NCBI GenBank assembly: GCA_963843145.1
Contig: CAWJJC010000020.1
Location: forward strand, 544,001 to 608,000
DNA length: 64,000 nt
DNA from: an uncultured delta proteobacterium
Lineage (GTDB): Bacteria > Desulfobacterota > RBG-13-43-22
Direction of reading: 5' to 3'
The notes under the pieces were generated by a model, which was not told where the DNA came from, ran no database searches, and worked only from the letters and a program-made list of their open reading frames with translations. Position numbers and translations under genes: made by a program. This document shows positions 40,374 through 50,413 of the stretch, piece after piece (the first letter of the stretch is position 1; the number at the start of each line of letters is the position of its first letter).

Positions 40374-41153
40374 TCATCTATCTTTAAAACTCGGTTTCCG
40401 TTTATCTATAAACGCCTGGAAGCCCTCTCGGCCGTCTTCGGAAACATAGGCGATGACAAAACAATTATTCTCATAGGTTATCGCCGACTGAAGATCCATA
40501 TTCATTCCAGTATCTATGGTATTCTTAAGGAGACTCAGGGCTACCTTTGGTTTAGAGGCCAGCTTTTTCGCCCAGGCTTTCGCCTCTTCCAGTAGGGCCT
40601 CTTTGCCCACGACCTTATTCACCAGGCCCAGGGAACAAGCTTCCTCGGCATTAACCGTATCCCCCATAAACAAAAGTTCCTTGGCTTTGGCGATGCCGAT
40701 CAACCTGGGGAGCCTCTGGGTACCGCCTGAGCCTGGGATGATGCCCAAATTAATCTCCGGACAGCCTATGGAAGTATCGCCGGCCGCAATCCTCAGATCA
40801 CAGGCCAGGGCCAGCTCACAGCCGCCGCCCAAAACAAAGCCAAAGATTGCGGCGATGGTGGGTTTTTCAATACCGGCGACCTTGTCGAGACACCTTCGGG
40901 AGACATTCCGAAAGGCAAAATAATCCGGTATCGATTTCCCGGCCACTTCCTTTACATCGAGACCCGCCGCAAAGGCTTTATCGCCGGTCCCAGTCAGGAT
41001 AACCGCCTTAACCGATTCGTCTTTTTCGAGATCGTCAAAAACGTCATACAGGTCTTGATACATTTTGACATTGAAGGAATTTACGGGAGGTCGGTTCAGC
41101 TTGACGACCGCAATATTTCCCTCTTTTTCAACCAGCAAGGTTTCATAGTCCAT
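40374..41153 (-). CDS. Enoyl-CoA hydratase/crotonase
   Basis: KAFAAGLDV, LGGGCELALACDLR, PEINLGIIPGSGGTQRLPRLIG. Confidence 0.93.
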   Translation of the reverse strand: MDYETLLVEKEGNIAVVKLNRPPVNSFNVKMYQDLYDVFDDLEKDESVKAVILTGTGDKAFAAGLDVKEVAGKSIPDYFAFRNVSRRCLDKVAGIEKPTIAAIFGFVLGGGCELALACDLRIAAGDTSIGCPEINLGIIPGSGGTQRLPRLIGIAKAKELLFMGDTVNAEEACSLGLVNKVVGKEALLEEAKAWAKKLASKPKVALSLLKNTIDTGMNMDLQSAITYENNCFVIAYVSEDGREGFQAFIDKRKPSFKDR

Positions 41154-41168
41154 CTCCACCTCCAACGT

Positions 41169-41948
41169 TTAAAACACAAACAGATCCAGACCGCCCATCA
41201 GATTCATGATGGATCCCGTCATATAGGCGGCGCTGTCTGAGCATAGGTAGGCGATGGCATCGGCGATTTCCTGGGGATGGGCCGGTCTGCGGAAGACCGT
41301 CTTTTTCTCCACGGCCTGACGGACCGGCTCGGGGAGCAGATCATAGCCATCCGTGGCACAGATGCCGATGAGCACGCTGTTGGCCGTGATATTGAACCGC
41401 GCACCCTCCAGGGCCGCCGACTTGGCCAGGGCAATGAGACCGGCCTTGGCCGCCCCATAGCTCGTCTGCCCCGCGCCGCCCAGAACCCCGGCCACTGAGG
41501 TCATATTGACGATGCGGCCCCACTTCTTGGCGCACATGTCCGCCCAGGCCTCTTTAAGGCAATAGAACGCGGAATTGAGACAGAGCTTCACTTCATAATC
41601 CCATTCTTCCGTGGTGGTCTTGGCAATGCTGATGTTGTGCCCCATCAGGGCGGCATTGTTCACCACAATATCAACGGGCCCAAGCTCCGCCTTAATGGCC
41701 GCAAAGCCTTTGGCCACATCGGCGGCCACACTCGCATCCATCCGGACGGCCATAGCTTTCCGGCCCATAGCCTTAATCTCTTCTGCCAGGGCCTCTGCCC
41801 CTTCCAGGTGATGAAAGCCGGTTACCACTACATCCGCCCCCTGTCTCGCGAGCGTCAGGGCAGCGTGCCTCCCGATGCCTTTGGGCCTGGAAGCGCCTGT
41901 TACCAATGCCAGTTTTCCTTCTAATGACATAACGCCCTCCTTGGTCAT
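41169..41948 (-). CDS. SDR family oxidoreductase (FabG-like)
   Basis: VTGASRPKGIG, NNAA, YGAAK catalytic motif. Confidence 0.92.
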   Translation of the reverse strand: MTKEGVMSLEGKLALVTGASRPKGIGRHAALTLARQGADVVVTGFHHLEGAEALAEEIKAMGRKAMAVRMDASVAADVAKGFAAIKAELGPVDIVVNNAALMGHNISIAKTTTEEWDYEVKLCLNSAFYCLKEAWADMCAKKWGRIVNMTSVAGVLGGAGQTSYGAAKAGLIALAKSAALEGARFNITANSVLIGICATDGYDLLPEPVRQAVEKKTVFRRPAHPQEIADAIAYLCSDSAAYMTGSIMNLMGGLDLFVF

Positions 41949-42121
41949 AATGAATATATTTTCTATGGAGAATTTATTTTTTCATAATAGAACGACTGAT
42001 CATTTGGGTCAAGAAGAAATGAGCCTCCCCTGATGGAACCGTCCCCCCTGAGCCGGTGCTGATAAGGGGAAAACAACAAATTCCCCCAAGTCTTATCTTG
42101 ACTTTAAAGTTGGGAAAAAAC

Positions 42122-42312
42122 TTGACAGTCGGACAGCGTTGAATTAAAAAAGAGATCGTAGGACCAACCGCTTCCGAAGAACGGAAGATTTTCACTAAAT
42201 CCAACCTCTAAAAAAGATTAACCGCCTGGGCAATCGGGTCGGTTATTAGGCCAGGAAAATAGATAGCCATGAAGGCTCCACCAGGAAGGTGGGTTTCCAT
42301 GGCTTTTTTATT
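42122..42312 (+). promoter_or_regulatory. Sigma70-like promoter and structured leader ending in an intrinsic terminator
   Basis: TTGACA-N17-TAAAAA (42122-42150); hairpins; terminator AGCCATG...CCACC AGGAA GGTGG...CATGGCT + T tract just upstream of the methyltransferase ATG. Confidence 0.6.
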
Positions 42313-42327
42313 TCCGGGTTTGAAAGC

Positions 42328-43023
42328 ATGACATCTTGCCCAATTCCGGCAGCGGTTGATTACTGGAACGGGTACGCCCAATGGTATCAGCGCTGGCGGA
42401 CTCACAACAACTATCATCAGCCGATTATTGAAGCGCTGAAGTTCCTGGTCCGACCGGGATGGCGGGTCCTGGATATCGGCGCCGCCGACGGGGTGCTGGC
42501 CCTGCCCCTGAGCCAATGGGGGTGCCGGGTCACCGCCCTCGAACCCGCGGAAAGGCTTCGGGAGGACTTGTTCGCCGAGGTCCGCCGCCTGAGGGTCCCG
42601 GGCCCGCTGGTGTCGAAGAAAACCTGGGAGAAATACAACGGGTCGGACGGTGAGCCGTACGACCTGGTGCTGGCCTGCAACAGCCTCCACCTGACGGCCG
42701 GAGGTTTTCGAAAGGCGCTCGCCAAAATATTCGCCCTGAAGCCGAGGCGGGTGCTGGTGGTGGCTGAGGAAGGGGCCTCGGGACTGTTCAACCTCAATCA
42801 ACCAGGTTACGTTTTGGAATTGTTGCGAAGTTATGAGACCGACAGCCACTTTGGCTACCATGACCTGTCGGAAGTCCCGGCCCATTGGGAAGCCTGTTTC
42901 GGCCGCCCGCCTGGTCCGGAAGAACGACGAAGCCTCTTCCGCCGCCTTTCCTACGAAGAGGGCCATTGGTGGCTGAAAGAACGGGCGGCCGTCCGGATCT
43001 TTTTCTGGACGCTGGGGAGGTGA
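42328..43023 (+). CDS. Class I SAM-dependent methyltransferase
   Basis: VLDIGAADG motif I, VTALEP, YDLVLACNSLH. Confidence 0.85.
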   Translation: MTSCPIPAAVDYWNGYAQWYQRWRTHNNYHQPIIEALKFLVRPGWRVLDIGAADGVLALPLSQWGCRVTALEPAERLREDLFAEVRRLRVPGPLVSKKTWEKYNGSDGEPYDLVLACNSLHLTAGGFRKALAKIFALKPRRVLVVAEEGASGLFNLNQPGYVLELLRSYETDSHFGYHDLSEVPAHWEACFGRPPGPEERRSLFRRLSYEEGHWWLKERAAVRIFFWTLGR

Positions 43024-43057
43024 AGAATCCCCCTAGCAAGCTTTGGGCTCTAAAGAC

Positions 43058-43158
43058 GAGATCCTTCGCTTCACTCAGGATGACGAGTTCGGTAATTTTA
43101 CGGTTGAATTTTCTTGCTTCATGGGTGTCACCCCGGACATGGCGGTTTAATAAGAAAG
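43058..43158. repeat. REP-like half element (GAGATCCTTCGCTTCACTCAGGATGAC) plus a copy of the ~50-bp element
   Basis: CTTCGCT...ATGAC end shared with 46624-46658; 43109-43158 resembles 4198-4248. Confidence 0.55.
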
Positions 43159-43177
43159 GATAATAGCTGTATCGGTT

Positions 43178-43603
43178 ATGCTTAAATGTATCTGCGTTAT
43201 CGACGGTCAGGGTGGGGGTATCGGAGTCGTCCTGATCAAATACCTGCGGGAGGCTTATGGCGATACGGTGCAGTTAATCGCTCTGGGAACCAACGCCGTG
43301 GCCACAGCCCAGATGCTCAAGGCCGGAGCTAATAAAGGCGCCACCGGGGAAAACGCTATCTGCCGGTCAGTCCTCCAGGCCGACTGCATCGTCGGCCCAA
43401 TAGCCGTCACCTGGGCCAACGCTATGCTGGGAGAGGTCACGCCGCGGATAGCCGAGGCCGTTACCTCAGCACCCGCAGTTAAGATCCTGATCCCCTTATC
43501 CCAGGAAAAAGTGGAGGTCGTCGGGGTGGTCAAGGAGCCCCTGCCCCATCTGGTTCAGATGGCGGTGGGAAAAAAGATAAAGGAGGTATTGAACAATGTG
43601 TGA
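43178..43603 (+). CDS. DUF3842 family protein
   Basis: VIDGQGGGIG...ALGTNAVATAQMLKAGANKGATGENAI...MLGEVTP. Confidence 0.85.
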   Translation: MLKCICVIDGQGGGIGVVLIKYLREAYGDTVQLIALGTNAVATAQMLKAGANKGATGENAICRSVLQADCIVGPIAVTWANAMLGEVTPRIAEAVTSAPAVKILIPLSQEKVEVVGVVKEPLPHLVQMAVGKKIKEVLNNV

Positions 43604-43784
43604 AGCCAATGCCTACGTGATTAAGGACGGAGAAGAGCAATTAATCCTGGAGTCCGTTGATCTGGTGGAACCGGAAGAACCGGACGGCTTCCGCCTGGTC
43701 AGCATTTTTGGAGAACAGAAAATCATCCGGGGCCGCCTCAAGGGGATGAACCTGGTCAATCATAAGATTTTTTTTGAGGAATAA
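43596..43784 (+). CDS. cooT: CooT-family nickel-binding protein
   Basis: MCEANAY...SIFGEQK...NLVNHKI; 62 aa with Cys2. Confidence 0.88.
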   Translation: MCEANAYVIKDGEEQLILESVDLVEPEEPDGFRLVSIFGEQKIIRGRLKGMNLVNHKIFFEE

Positions 43785-43851
43785 TTTTCTGCGTCCACCA
43801 CTTGTCCTCCGCCGCTGACAGGTGGAGATTGCACTGAAGAGGAGAAGAAAT

Positions 43852-44247
43852 ATGGTCTCAAAAAAAACGACCGCCTACCATGAACACGGACCTGGGTCCC
43901 ACGTCCACCTAATGACCCCGGCCAAAGGGCCCCCTTCCCGGAAGGAGAAATTGATCATCCGGCTGGAGCGTTATGTTCACCACAATCTGGAACACACGGA
44001 GATGCTGGAGCGTATGGCGGAGGAGGCCGAGCGCTGGAACGGGTTGGAAACGGCCCGGCTGATCCGAACGGCCGAAGATAATATATTTCTCCAGAACCAG
44101 CCCCTCGAAAAGGCGATCATGTTTTTAAAGTCCGACAAAAAAAAGAGGAAGGGCACAGAAAAAGGATTGCCTTCGATCCACGAAACTCCGCCGGACCCGG
44201 CGTCTCGCCGGAAATGCGCTTCCGGGAAAGAAAGGAAGAAGTGTTGA
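43852..44247 (+). CDS. His-containing hypothetical protein (probable Ni/Co-binding)
   Basis: HEHGPGSHVH; KLIIRLERYVHHNLEH helix motif; follows cooT. Confidence 0.55.
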   Translation: MVSKKTTAYHEHGPGSHVHLMTPAKGPPSRKEKLIIRLERYVHHNLEHTEMLERMAEEAERWNGLETARLIRTAEDNIFLQNQPLEKAIMFLKSDKKKRKGTEKGLPSIHETPPDPASRRKCASGKERKKC

Positions 44248-44487
44248 TTTCCGTTTTCTTATCTGGCGCTGGAAAAGAACCCGTGACGACAAGTAGAGTT
44301 CCATTTGACCGAAAGGAGGTGACCGAAGGGGCGCCAAGCTACTGAATGATTGCAATGAAGCGGGCAGGGAGCACCTGGGGAGAGACCCCCCGCCCGGGAG
44401 AAAAAATTCGGCCGATAACCTATTATTTTCCTCCAGGACCATTATAGCCGAACTGGAGGACCAAAAACATCATTTATAGGAGGTCCT

Positions 44488-46524
44488 ATGAAGCTGTTCA
44501 AATGGCTGTTGATAACCGGACTGGCTGCCCTCTGGGCTCTGCCGGTCCAGGCCGATGAAACGGAACTAAAAAAGGAAGATAAAAAGTCCTATACCCTGGA
44601 AGACGTCGTGGTTACCGCCTCCAAGGTCCCGCAAAAAGAGGAAAAAATAACTCAGAAAGTCGACGTGATTACAGACAAACAGATCAATCAGATCCCTTTG
44701 GGAAACGAAAACGTGGCCGAGATATTTCAATACCAACCCGGGACCTTTGTCAACGCCTTGTCGCGCAATGACGCCAATTGGGGTTCCTACGGTGGATTGG
44801 GTCCCAAATACAACGGGTACCTGCTGGATGGTTTGGGAATCGACTCCTTCATGGATACCATGGGCCTGGATCCTTGGGCCTTTGAAAGGGCTGAAGTGCA
44901 CCGGGGACCGGCGGCGGTCATGTATTCCAACTACCTGTCCCAGGATTTCGCCGGTACCCAGTCGCCCCTGTCCGGCATTACCAACCTGATCCTGCGAGAC
45001 ATCATCGATCAGCCTCTGACCCGGATCGCCCTGGGGTACGGGTCCTGGAACACCTATCAGGCACGGGCCTATAGCCAGGGGAAGTCCGGGAATTTTCATT
45101 ATTTCCTGGGCGCCAACTATGAGAAATCCGATTACACCAACTACGGAACCGCCAATTCCTGGCTTAACATGATCGACAATCCCGAATATCAGAAGGCCCG
45201 GCTCTATTTCAAGACCACCTATTTATTCGACCGCGAAGACCACCGGGTTTCCCTGTTCGCTAATCATTACCAGACGACGGGGGATGTGGGCCGCCCGAAT
45301 CGGGACTTCGACCACAACTACGATACGATCAACGCCGCTTACAACAACCAGATCAATGACTGGTTGAATACCCAGTTCAAGGCCGGTTACCGCAGCTATG
45401 ACCGCCGCTGGGGAGAAGATAACTACCCCCCGAACCTGGCCCTGCGCGAGCACGACGGGGTGAAACAACAGATCATCCCCTTGGATCTGACCTTCAACCT
45501 GAAGCACTGGAAGGACAGCCTGTTGACCTTCGGCGCCGACTACCAGAATGCGACCTATGAAACCTATGCCGAGACCAACGGTCTGAAAACCAAGAACAAC
45601 GATTCGAAGGCAGCCGCCACCGGGATCTATGTCCAGGAGGAACTGGGCTGGGAGAAATGGGTATTCCGCCTGGGCGGACGATACAACTATACCCAAAGCA
45701 CGTTTGACCTGATTGGCGGGACCGTACCCCAGGATAAAGAAAAGTCCTGGGACAAATTCCTGTACAGCGCCGGGGTCCGCTTCAACGCGCTATCCGCCCT
45801 CTCGGCTTATGCCAACGTAGGCAGCAGCTTTCAGGCCCCCTCGGCCAAATCGGTCGGCGGGACCCTCTTGGCCTCGGACATAGGGGTGGCGGGCAAGAAC
45901 GGACAGCTTCCCAATCCCAATCTGAAACCGGAGAGCGGCATTGGTTCGGACCTGGGTCTGGATATCCGGCCCCTGAAAAACATGGTCATCGGGGTTCGGG
46001 GCTTCTACAACCAGGTGGATGATGCCATCGTCGATAACCGGGTAAGCGACAACCCCTCCCAGAGCCAATCGGTCAATGCGGGAAAATCCACCTCGTACGG
46101 GTTCGAGCTGGAAATCAAACACCGGTTTGAGAAGTACGCTGAATGGTTTGCCAATTATACCTATACCCAAACCCACATTGAGAACAATGTGGATAAGGAT
46201 CAGGACGGCAGCAATGTGCCTTTCGTCCCGAATTATGTGGCCAACCTGGGCGTCACCGCCTATTTGCCTTATGATATTACCCTGTCGCCGTACCTGCGTC
46301 TGGTAGGCACTTATTATGACAGCACCTCCAAAAGCACTCGACAATCCTTTGGACCCTACCAGATCATCAATCTGAAGGCCAGTATGGGCCTCTGGAAGAC
46401 GGCCAACAACAAGGGTTTACTGAACTTCGACCTTAACAACCTGACCAACAACCAGTATGACATGCCCTGGCAGTTTCAGGACCCGGGCTTCTCGGTCTTG
46501 GGGAATGTAGAGGTACAGTTTTAG
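44488..46524 (+). CDS. TonB-dependent outer membrane receptor
   Basis: Signal peptide, TonB box LEDVVVTA, plug ERAEVHRGPAAVMY, NPNLKPE, C-terminal Phe. Confidence 0.93.
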   Translation: MKLFKWLLITGLAALWALPVQADETELKKEDKKSYTLEDVVVTASKVPQKEEKITQKVDVITDKQINQIPLGNENVAEIFQYQPGTFVNALSRNDANWGSYGGLGPKYNGYLLDGLGIDSFMDTMGLDPWAFERAEVHRGPAAVMYSNYLSQDFAGTQSPLSGITNLILRDIIDQPLTRIALGYGSWNTYQARAYSQGKSGNFHYFLGANYEKSDYTNYGTANSWLNMIDNPEYQKARLYFKTTYLFDREDHRVSLFANHYQTTGDVGRPNRDFDHNYDTINAAYNNQINDWLNTQFKAGYRSYDRRWGEDNYPPNLALREHDGVKQQIIPLDLTFNLKHWKDSLLTFGADYQNATYETYAETNGLKTKNNDSKAAATGIYVQEELGWEKWVFRLGGRYNYTQSTFDLIGGTVPQDKEKSWDKFLYSAGVRFNALSALSAYANVGSSFQAPSAKSVGGTLLASDIGVAGKNGQLPNPNLKPESGIGSDLGLDIRPLKNMVIGVRGFYNQVDDAIVDNRVSDNPSQSQSVNAGKSTSYGFELEIKHRFEKYAEWFANYTYTQTHIENNVDKDQDGSNVPFVPNYVANLGVTAYLPYDITLSPYLRLVGTYYDSTSKSTRQSFGPYQIINLKASMGLWKTANNKGLLNFDLNNLTNNQYDMPWQFQDPGFSVLGNVEVQF

Positions 46525-46549
46525 TATCTAAATAAGCGGAAACGGGAGC

Positions 46550-46658
46550 GTCATTGCGACCCCGGACACGATCCGGGGGAAGCAATCCCCCGGTTCAGTC
46601 TGGGAAAGTTTTTAAGCTGCTTGGGGGATTGCTTCGTCGCTTCGCTCCTCGCAATGAC
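46550..46658. repeat. REP-like palindromic element
   Basis: GTCATTGCG...GAAGCAATCCCC paired with GGGGATTGCTTC...CGCAATGAC. Confidence 0.8.
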
Positions 46659-46721
46659 AGCGTGGTTATTGGTAATTTTCATCTTTCCCGAGTCCCCTCC
46701 GGGTTTGGACATTCAGAGCCG

Positions 46722-47738
46722 ATGAATCAAAAAATGCTTGCCTTCCTGGTCCTGGTCATCGTCTGGGGATCCCTGATGGTTCTCCCGCCGGCCCGGGCGA
46801 CCGAACCGCCCAAACCGATCGTGGTCACCGACTTTCGGGGCAAGACCCTGCGGTTCGAGGCACCGGTCCGGCGCATTGTCTGTCTGATCGAAAGCGCCCT
46901 GAGTGGGATTTTCATGCTGGGGGAGGAGCAGCGGGTGGTCGGCCTTTCCCGGAACATCTATACCGGGAATGTGTTCCCCCATTACGCCGCCCTGGACGCC
47001 CGCATAAAAGAGAAGAAACTCCCGGCACCCGGCAACTGGGATTTCGTTAATCTGGAAAGCGTGGTGGCCCTCAAGCCGGACTTGGTGATTATTTGGTCCC
47101 AGCAGACCGAGGCCATCAATTCTCTGGAAGAAAAAGGCATTCCGGTCTATGGTATCTTTATTCAGAGAAAGGAAGACGTCTATAAAGAAATCGAGGCCCT
47201 GGGGAAATTGACCGGCAACCCCAAGCGGGCCGAGGCGCTGGTTGCCTATACCAGAGATGAGCTGTCCCGCTTCATCTCCCGGACCTCCGGAATCCCGGCA
47301 GATAAACGCCCCGGGGTCTACTACATGTGGGCTCAGGGAAACCTGGAAACCTCCTGCGGCGAAAGCACGGTCAATGACCTGATCCGACTGGCCGGCGGGC
47401 GCAATGTCTGCGCGGCCCTCCCCCAGGAACACCTGGTGGTCAACCTGGAACGGGTCCTTTCCTGGGACCCGGATCTGATCCTCATGTGGTACAATGAAAA
47501 AAAGAATCCCCGGGACATTATCCAGGACCCCCAGTGGAAACGGATCAAAGCGGTTCGGGAAAGGCGGGTCCATGAGTTTCCGGAGGTATTCTGGTGCGAC
47601 CTCTGGACCCTCAAATTCATCTATGCCGTCAAACTAACGGCCAAATGGGTCCATCCGGAATTATTCCGGGATATCGATTTGGACCGGGAAAAACAAAAAA
47701 TGATGGAGTTTTTGTACAGAAAAAAGGCGACCGGCTGA
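46722..47738 (+). CDS. ABC substrate-binding protein (Fe-chelate/BtuF family)
   Basis: VTDFRGK...VRRIVCL, NLESVVALKPDLV, VNLERVLSWDPDLI, IKAVRERRV. Confidence 0.9.
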   Translation: MNQKMLAFLVLVIVWGSLMVLPPARATEPPKPIVVTDFRGKTLRFEAPVRRIVCLIESALSGIFMLGEEQRVVGLSRNIYTGNVFPHYAALDARIKEKKLPAPGNWDFVNLESVVALKPDLVIIWSQQTEAINSLEEKGIPVYGIFIQRKEDVYKEIEALGKLTGNPKRAEALVAYTRDELSRFISRTSGIPADKRPGVYYMWAQGNLETSCGESTVNDLIRLAGGRNVCAALPQEHLVVNLERVLSWDPDLILMWYNEKKNPRDIIQDPQWKRIKAVRERRVHEFPEVFWCDLWTLKFIYAVKLTAKWVHPELFRDIDLDREKQKMMEFLYRKKATG

Positions 47739-47803
47739 CCCTTTCGCTTGTCTGAGCTCTTCGCCTGCCGTCATTCTGGGGGCTTTTTACGAAAACATCT
47801 CGA

Positions 47804-48816
47804 ATGGCAGAAACAAAACATATTCGATCGGTCTGGTTCTATTTTTTGCCTCTGCCTTTGATGGCGGCTTCCCTCTTCGTCGGTCCTTCCGATCAGGTGT
47901 CTTGGAGGCACGTGGCCCAATGGTTTTGGCAGAAGGGCGCCTTCTGGGGAGCCTCCGGTCCGGTTGATCCCCTGGTGGAGGCCGTCCTGCTCGAGGTCCG
48001 CCTGCCGCGGGTAATCCTGACCTTCCTGGTGGGGTCCTCCTTGACGCTGTCCGGCAATGCCCTCCAGGCCCTGTTCCGTAATCCGCTGGTATCCCCCGAC
48101 ATCTTGGGACTTTCTTCCGGGGCGGCCTTCGGTGCGGCCCTGGCCCTGAGCCTGGGGACCCTGCCCCTCCAGGGAAGCGCCTTTTTCTTCGGCCTGTTGG
48201 CCGTGGGGTTGAGTTATTTTATGGCTCTTACCCGGCGGGGGGTTTCCATCGTGGCCCTGATCCTGGCCGGGATCATCGTCTCCGGGATTTTTACCGCCTT
48301 GCTGACGGTAGTCCAGTTCCTGACCGATCCCTTTAAACTGCGACCATCGTTCATTGACCATGGGCAACCTGCACAACGCCAACTGGGCCAAGGTCCGATC
48401 GGCGCTGGGACCCATCCTGGCCGGAAGCCTCTGGCTCTTCATCCTGCGCTGGCGGATGAATGTCCTGGCCTTGGGGGATGAGGAGACCCGAGCCGTAGGC
48501 CTTAATCCGGAACGGGAGAAGCTGCTGATCCTGTTGCCGGCCACCCTGATTGCCTCGGCGGCGGTGGCCGTTGCGGGGGTGATCGGTCTTGGTGGGGCTG
48601 GCCTTTCCCCACATGGTCCGCATGATGGTCGGCCCCGACAATCGGGTAACTACCCCGGTCGCCATGGCTTTTGGGGGTTCATTCCTCCTGCTGGTGGATA
48701 ATTTTTCCAGGACCGCCGCCGTCTTTGAGATCCCGCTGGGAATCTTTACCACCCTCATCGGCGGCCCTTTTTTTATTTATCTGCTGAAAAGAAATCGAAT
48801 GCAGTACGTGGAATAG
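47804..48816 (+). CDS. FecCD/BtuC-family permease (two frameshifts)
   Basis: VRLPRV...QALFRNPLVSPDILGLSSGA; LALGDEETRAVG; EIPLGIFTTLIGGPFF spread over three frames. Confidence 0.85.
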
Positions 48817-48845
48817 TCAGTCTGAAGATTTGATTGGTTTTTGGC

Positions 48846-49535
48846 ATGGCGATAAACGTTCAAAACGTGAGCTTTACTTACGACGGCCTAACCGTATTGA
48901 AGGACATTTCCCTTCAGGTGCCGGCTGGAGGATTCACCGTGCTTCTGGGGAAAAACCGGAGCGGAAAGTCCACCCTGCTGAAGCTGATGGCCGGCCTGCT
49001 TCCCAATAAAGAGGGCCGTGTCGAAATTTTGGGAAAGGACTTAGGCCGCTTAACCTTGTCTGAACGGGGCAAGCTGATCGGCTTTCTTCCTCAGTTCCAC
49101 ACCCCGGTTTTCCCGTTTACCGTCAGGGAGGTGGTCCTTACCGGCCGGGCGGCCTACGTCTTTTCCCAACCAGGCAAACGGGACCGGGAAAAGGCGGATC
49201 AGGCCATCGCCGAGGTGGGGATCGAGGAATTGCGCGACCGCCCCTATACCGAACTTTCCGGCGGGGAGAGGCAACTGGTCATGATCGCCCGGGTCCTGGC
49301 CCAAGAGCCACAAGTAATCCTGCCCGACGAACCCCTCTCCCACCTGGACCTGGCCAACCAAGTCCGGTTTCTGCGGCTGGTAAAAAAACTGACTGCCGGC
49401 GGGCTGACGGTCTTGGCCGTATTGCATGATCCGAATCTGGCTTTTTTAAGTGGAGACCATTTTATTTTTTTGAAAGACGGGAAGGTCCGAAGGACCGCCG
49501 AAACCAACCCCCTGGGAAGCGGCGCTGTTGAGTGA
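48846..49535 (+). CDS. ABC ATP-binding protein (FepC/BtuD-like)
   Basis: GKNRSGKST, LSGGERQLVMIARVLAQ, ILPDEP; single deviations in both Walker regions may be sequence errors. Confidence 0.85.
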   Translation: MAINVQNVSFTYDGLTVLKDISLQVPAGGFTVLLGKNRSGKSTLLKLMAGLLPNKEGRVEILGKDLGRLTLSERGKLIGFLPQFHTPVFPFTVREVVLTGRAAYVFSQPGKRDREKADQAIAEVGIEELRDRPYTELSGGERQLVMIARVLAQEPQVILPDEPLSHLDLANQVRFLRLVKKLTAGGLTVLAVLHDPNLAFLSGDHFIFLKDGKVRRTAETNPLGSGAVE

Positions 49536-49620
49536 GGTTTATGGGACACAGATAGAAACGATTCCCTTTCGGAGCCGATCCCTGGTAATTCCCTTTTAAC
49601 TTGTAGGAGAAAAACGGCTT

Positions 49621-50052
49621 ATGGAATGGCTTAAATATGCGGTAGATTACGGGATCATCGGTTTGTTGATCCTGATGAGCATCATTACTGTCGGGGTAGC
49701 GCTGGATCGCCGGATGGTCTACCGACGCCTTCGCTTGGAGGATTTCACCGACAAGGCGAGCCTGGAAAAGGAGCTGACCCATAAGCTTCACTGGATCGCC
49801 ACCATCGGCAGTAACGCCCCCTATATCGGCTTGCTGGGGACGGTCCTGGGAATTATGTTGACCTTTTACACCATCGGAGCGGAGGGGTTCATGGACACCG
49901 GAAAGATCATGGTCGGATTAGCTTTAGCCCTCAAGGCCACGGCCGTAGGGCTAGTGGTGGCCATCCCCTCGGTGACTTTGTACAACCTGCTGCTCAGGAA
50001 GGTCAAGGTTTTGCTCATGGATTGGGAATACGATGGAAGAAAAAGAGTTTAA
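49621..50052 (+). CDS. exbB: ExbB (short form)
   Basis: IATIGSNAPYIGLLGTVLGIM...ALKATAVGLVVAIP. Confidence 0.92.
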   Translation: MEWLKYAVDYGIIGLLILMSIITVGVALDRRMVYRRLRLEDFTDKASLEKELTHKLHWIATIGSNAPYIGLLGTVLGIMLTFYTIGAEGFMDTGKIMVGLALALKATAVGLVVAIPSVTLYNLLLRKVKVLLMDWEYDGRKRV

Positions 50053-50413
50053 TTATATCAACGTGATCCCGCTGGTCGATGTGATGCTGGTCCTGTCGAC
50101 GATCGTCTTGACGACTTCCTCCTTTATCGCCACCGGGATGATCCCCCTGGACTTACCCAAGGTGGTTAAAAGTCAAGGGGAAATGCTGCGGACCCAAACC
50201 GTGGAAATCGATCGTCAAGGGTCCCTTTTTTTCAATGCCCGCAGGATTTCCTTAGACGAATTGAAAGGGCGTCTGGAAGACCGGAACCGGAACCAGCCGA
50301 TCCTGATCGGAGCGGACCGACAGATTGCGCTGCAGGGTTTTGTGGATGTGCTGGATCTGGTTAAAAAACTGGGATTTAAACGGGTCAGCCTCCAGACCGA
50401 AGAGCGGCCATGA
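50033..50413 (+). CDS. exbD: ExbD
   Basis: INVIPLVDVMLVL...IGADR...FVDVLD. Confidence 0.92.
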   Translation: MEEKEFNYINVIPLVDVMLVLSTIVLTTSSFIATGMIPLDLPKVVKSQGEMLRTQTVEIDRQGSLFFNARRISLDELKGRLEDRNRNQPILIGADRQIALQGFVDVLDLVKKLGFKRVSLQTEERP

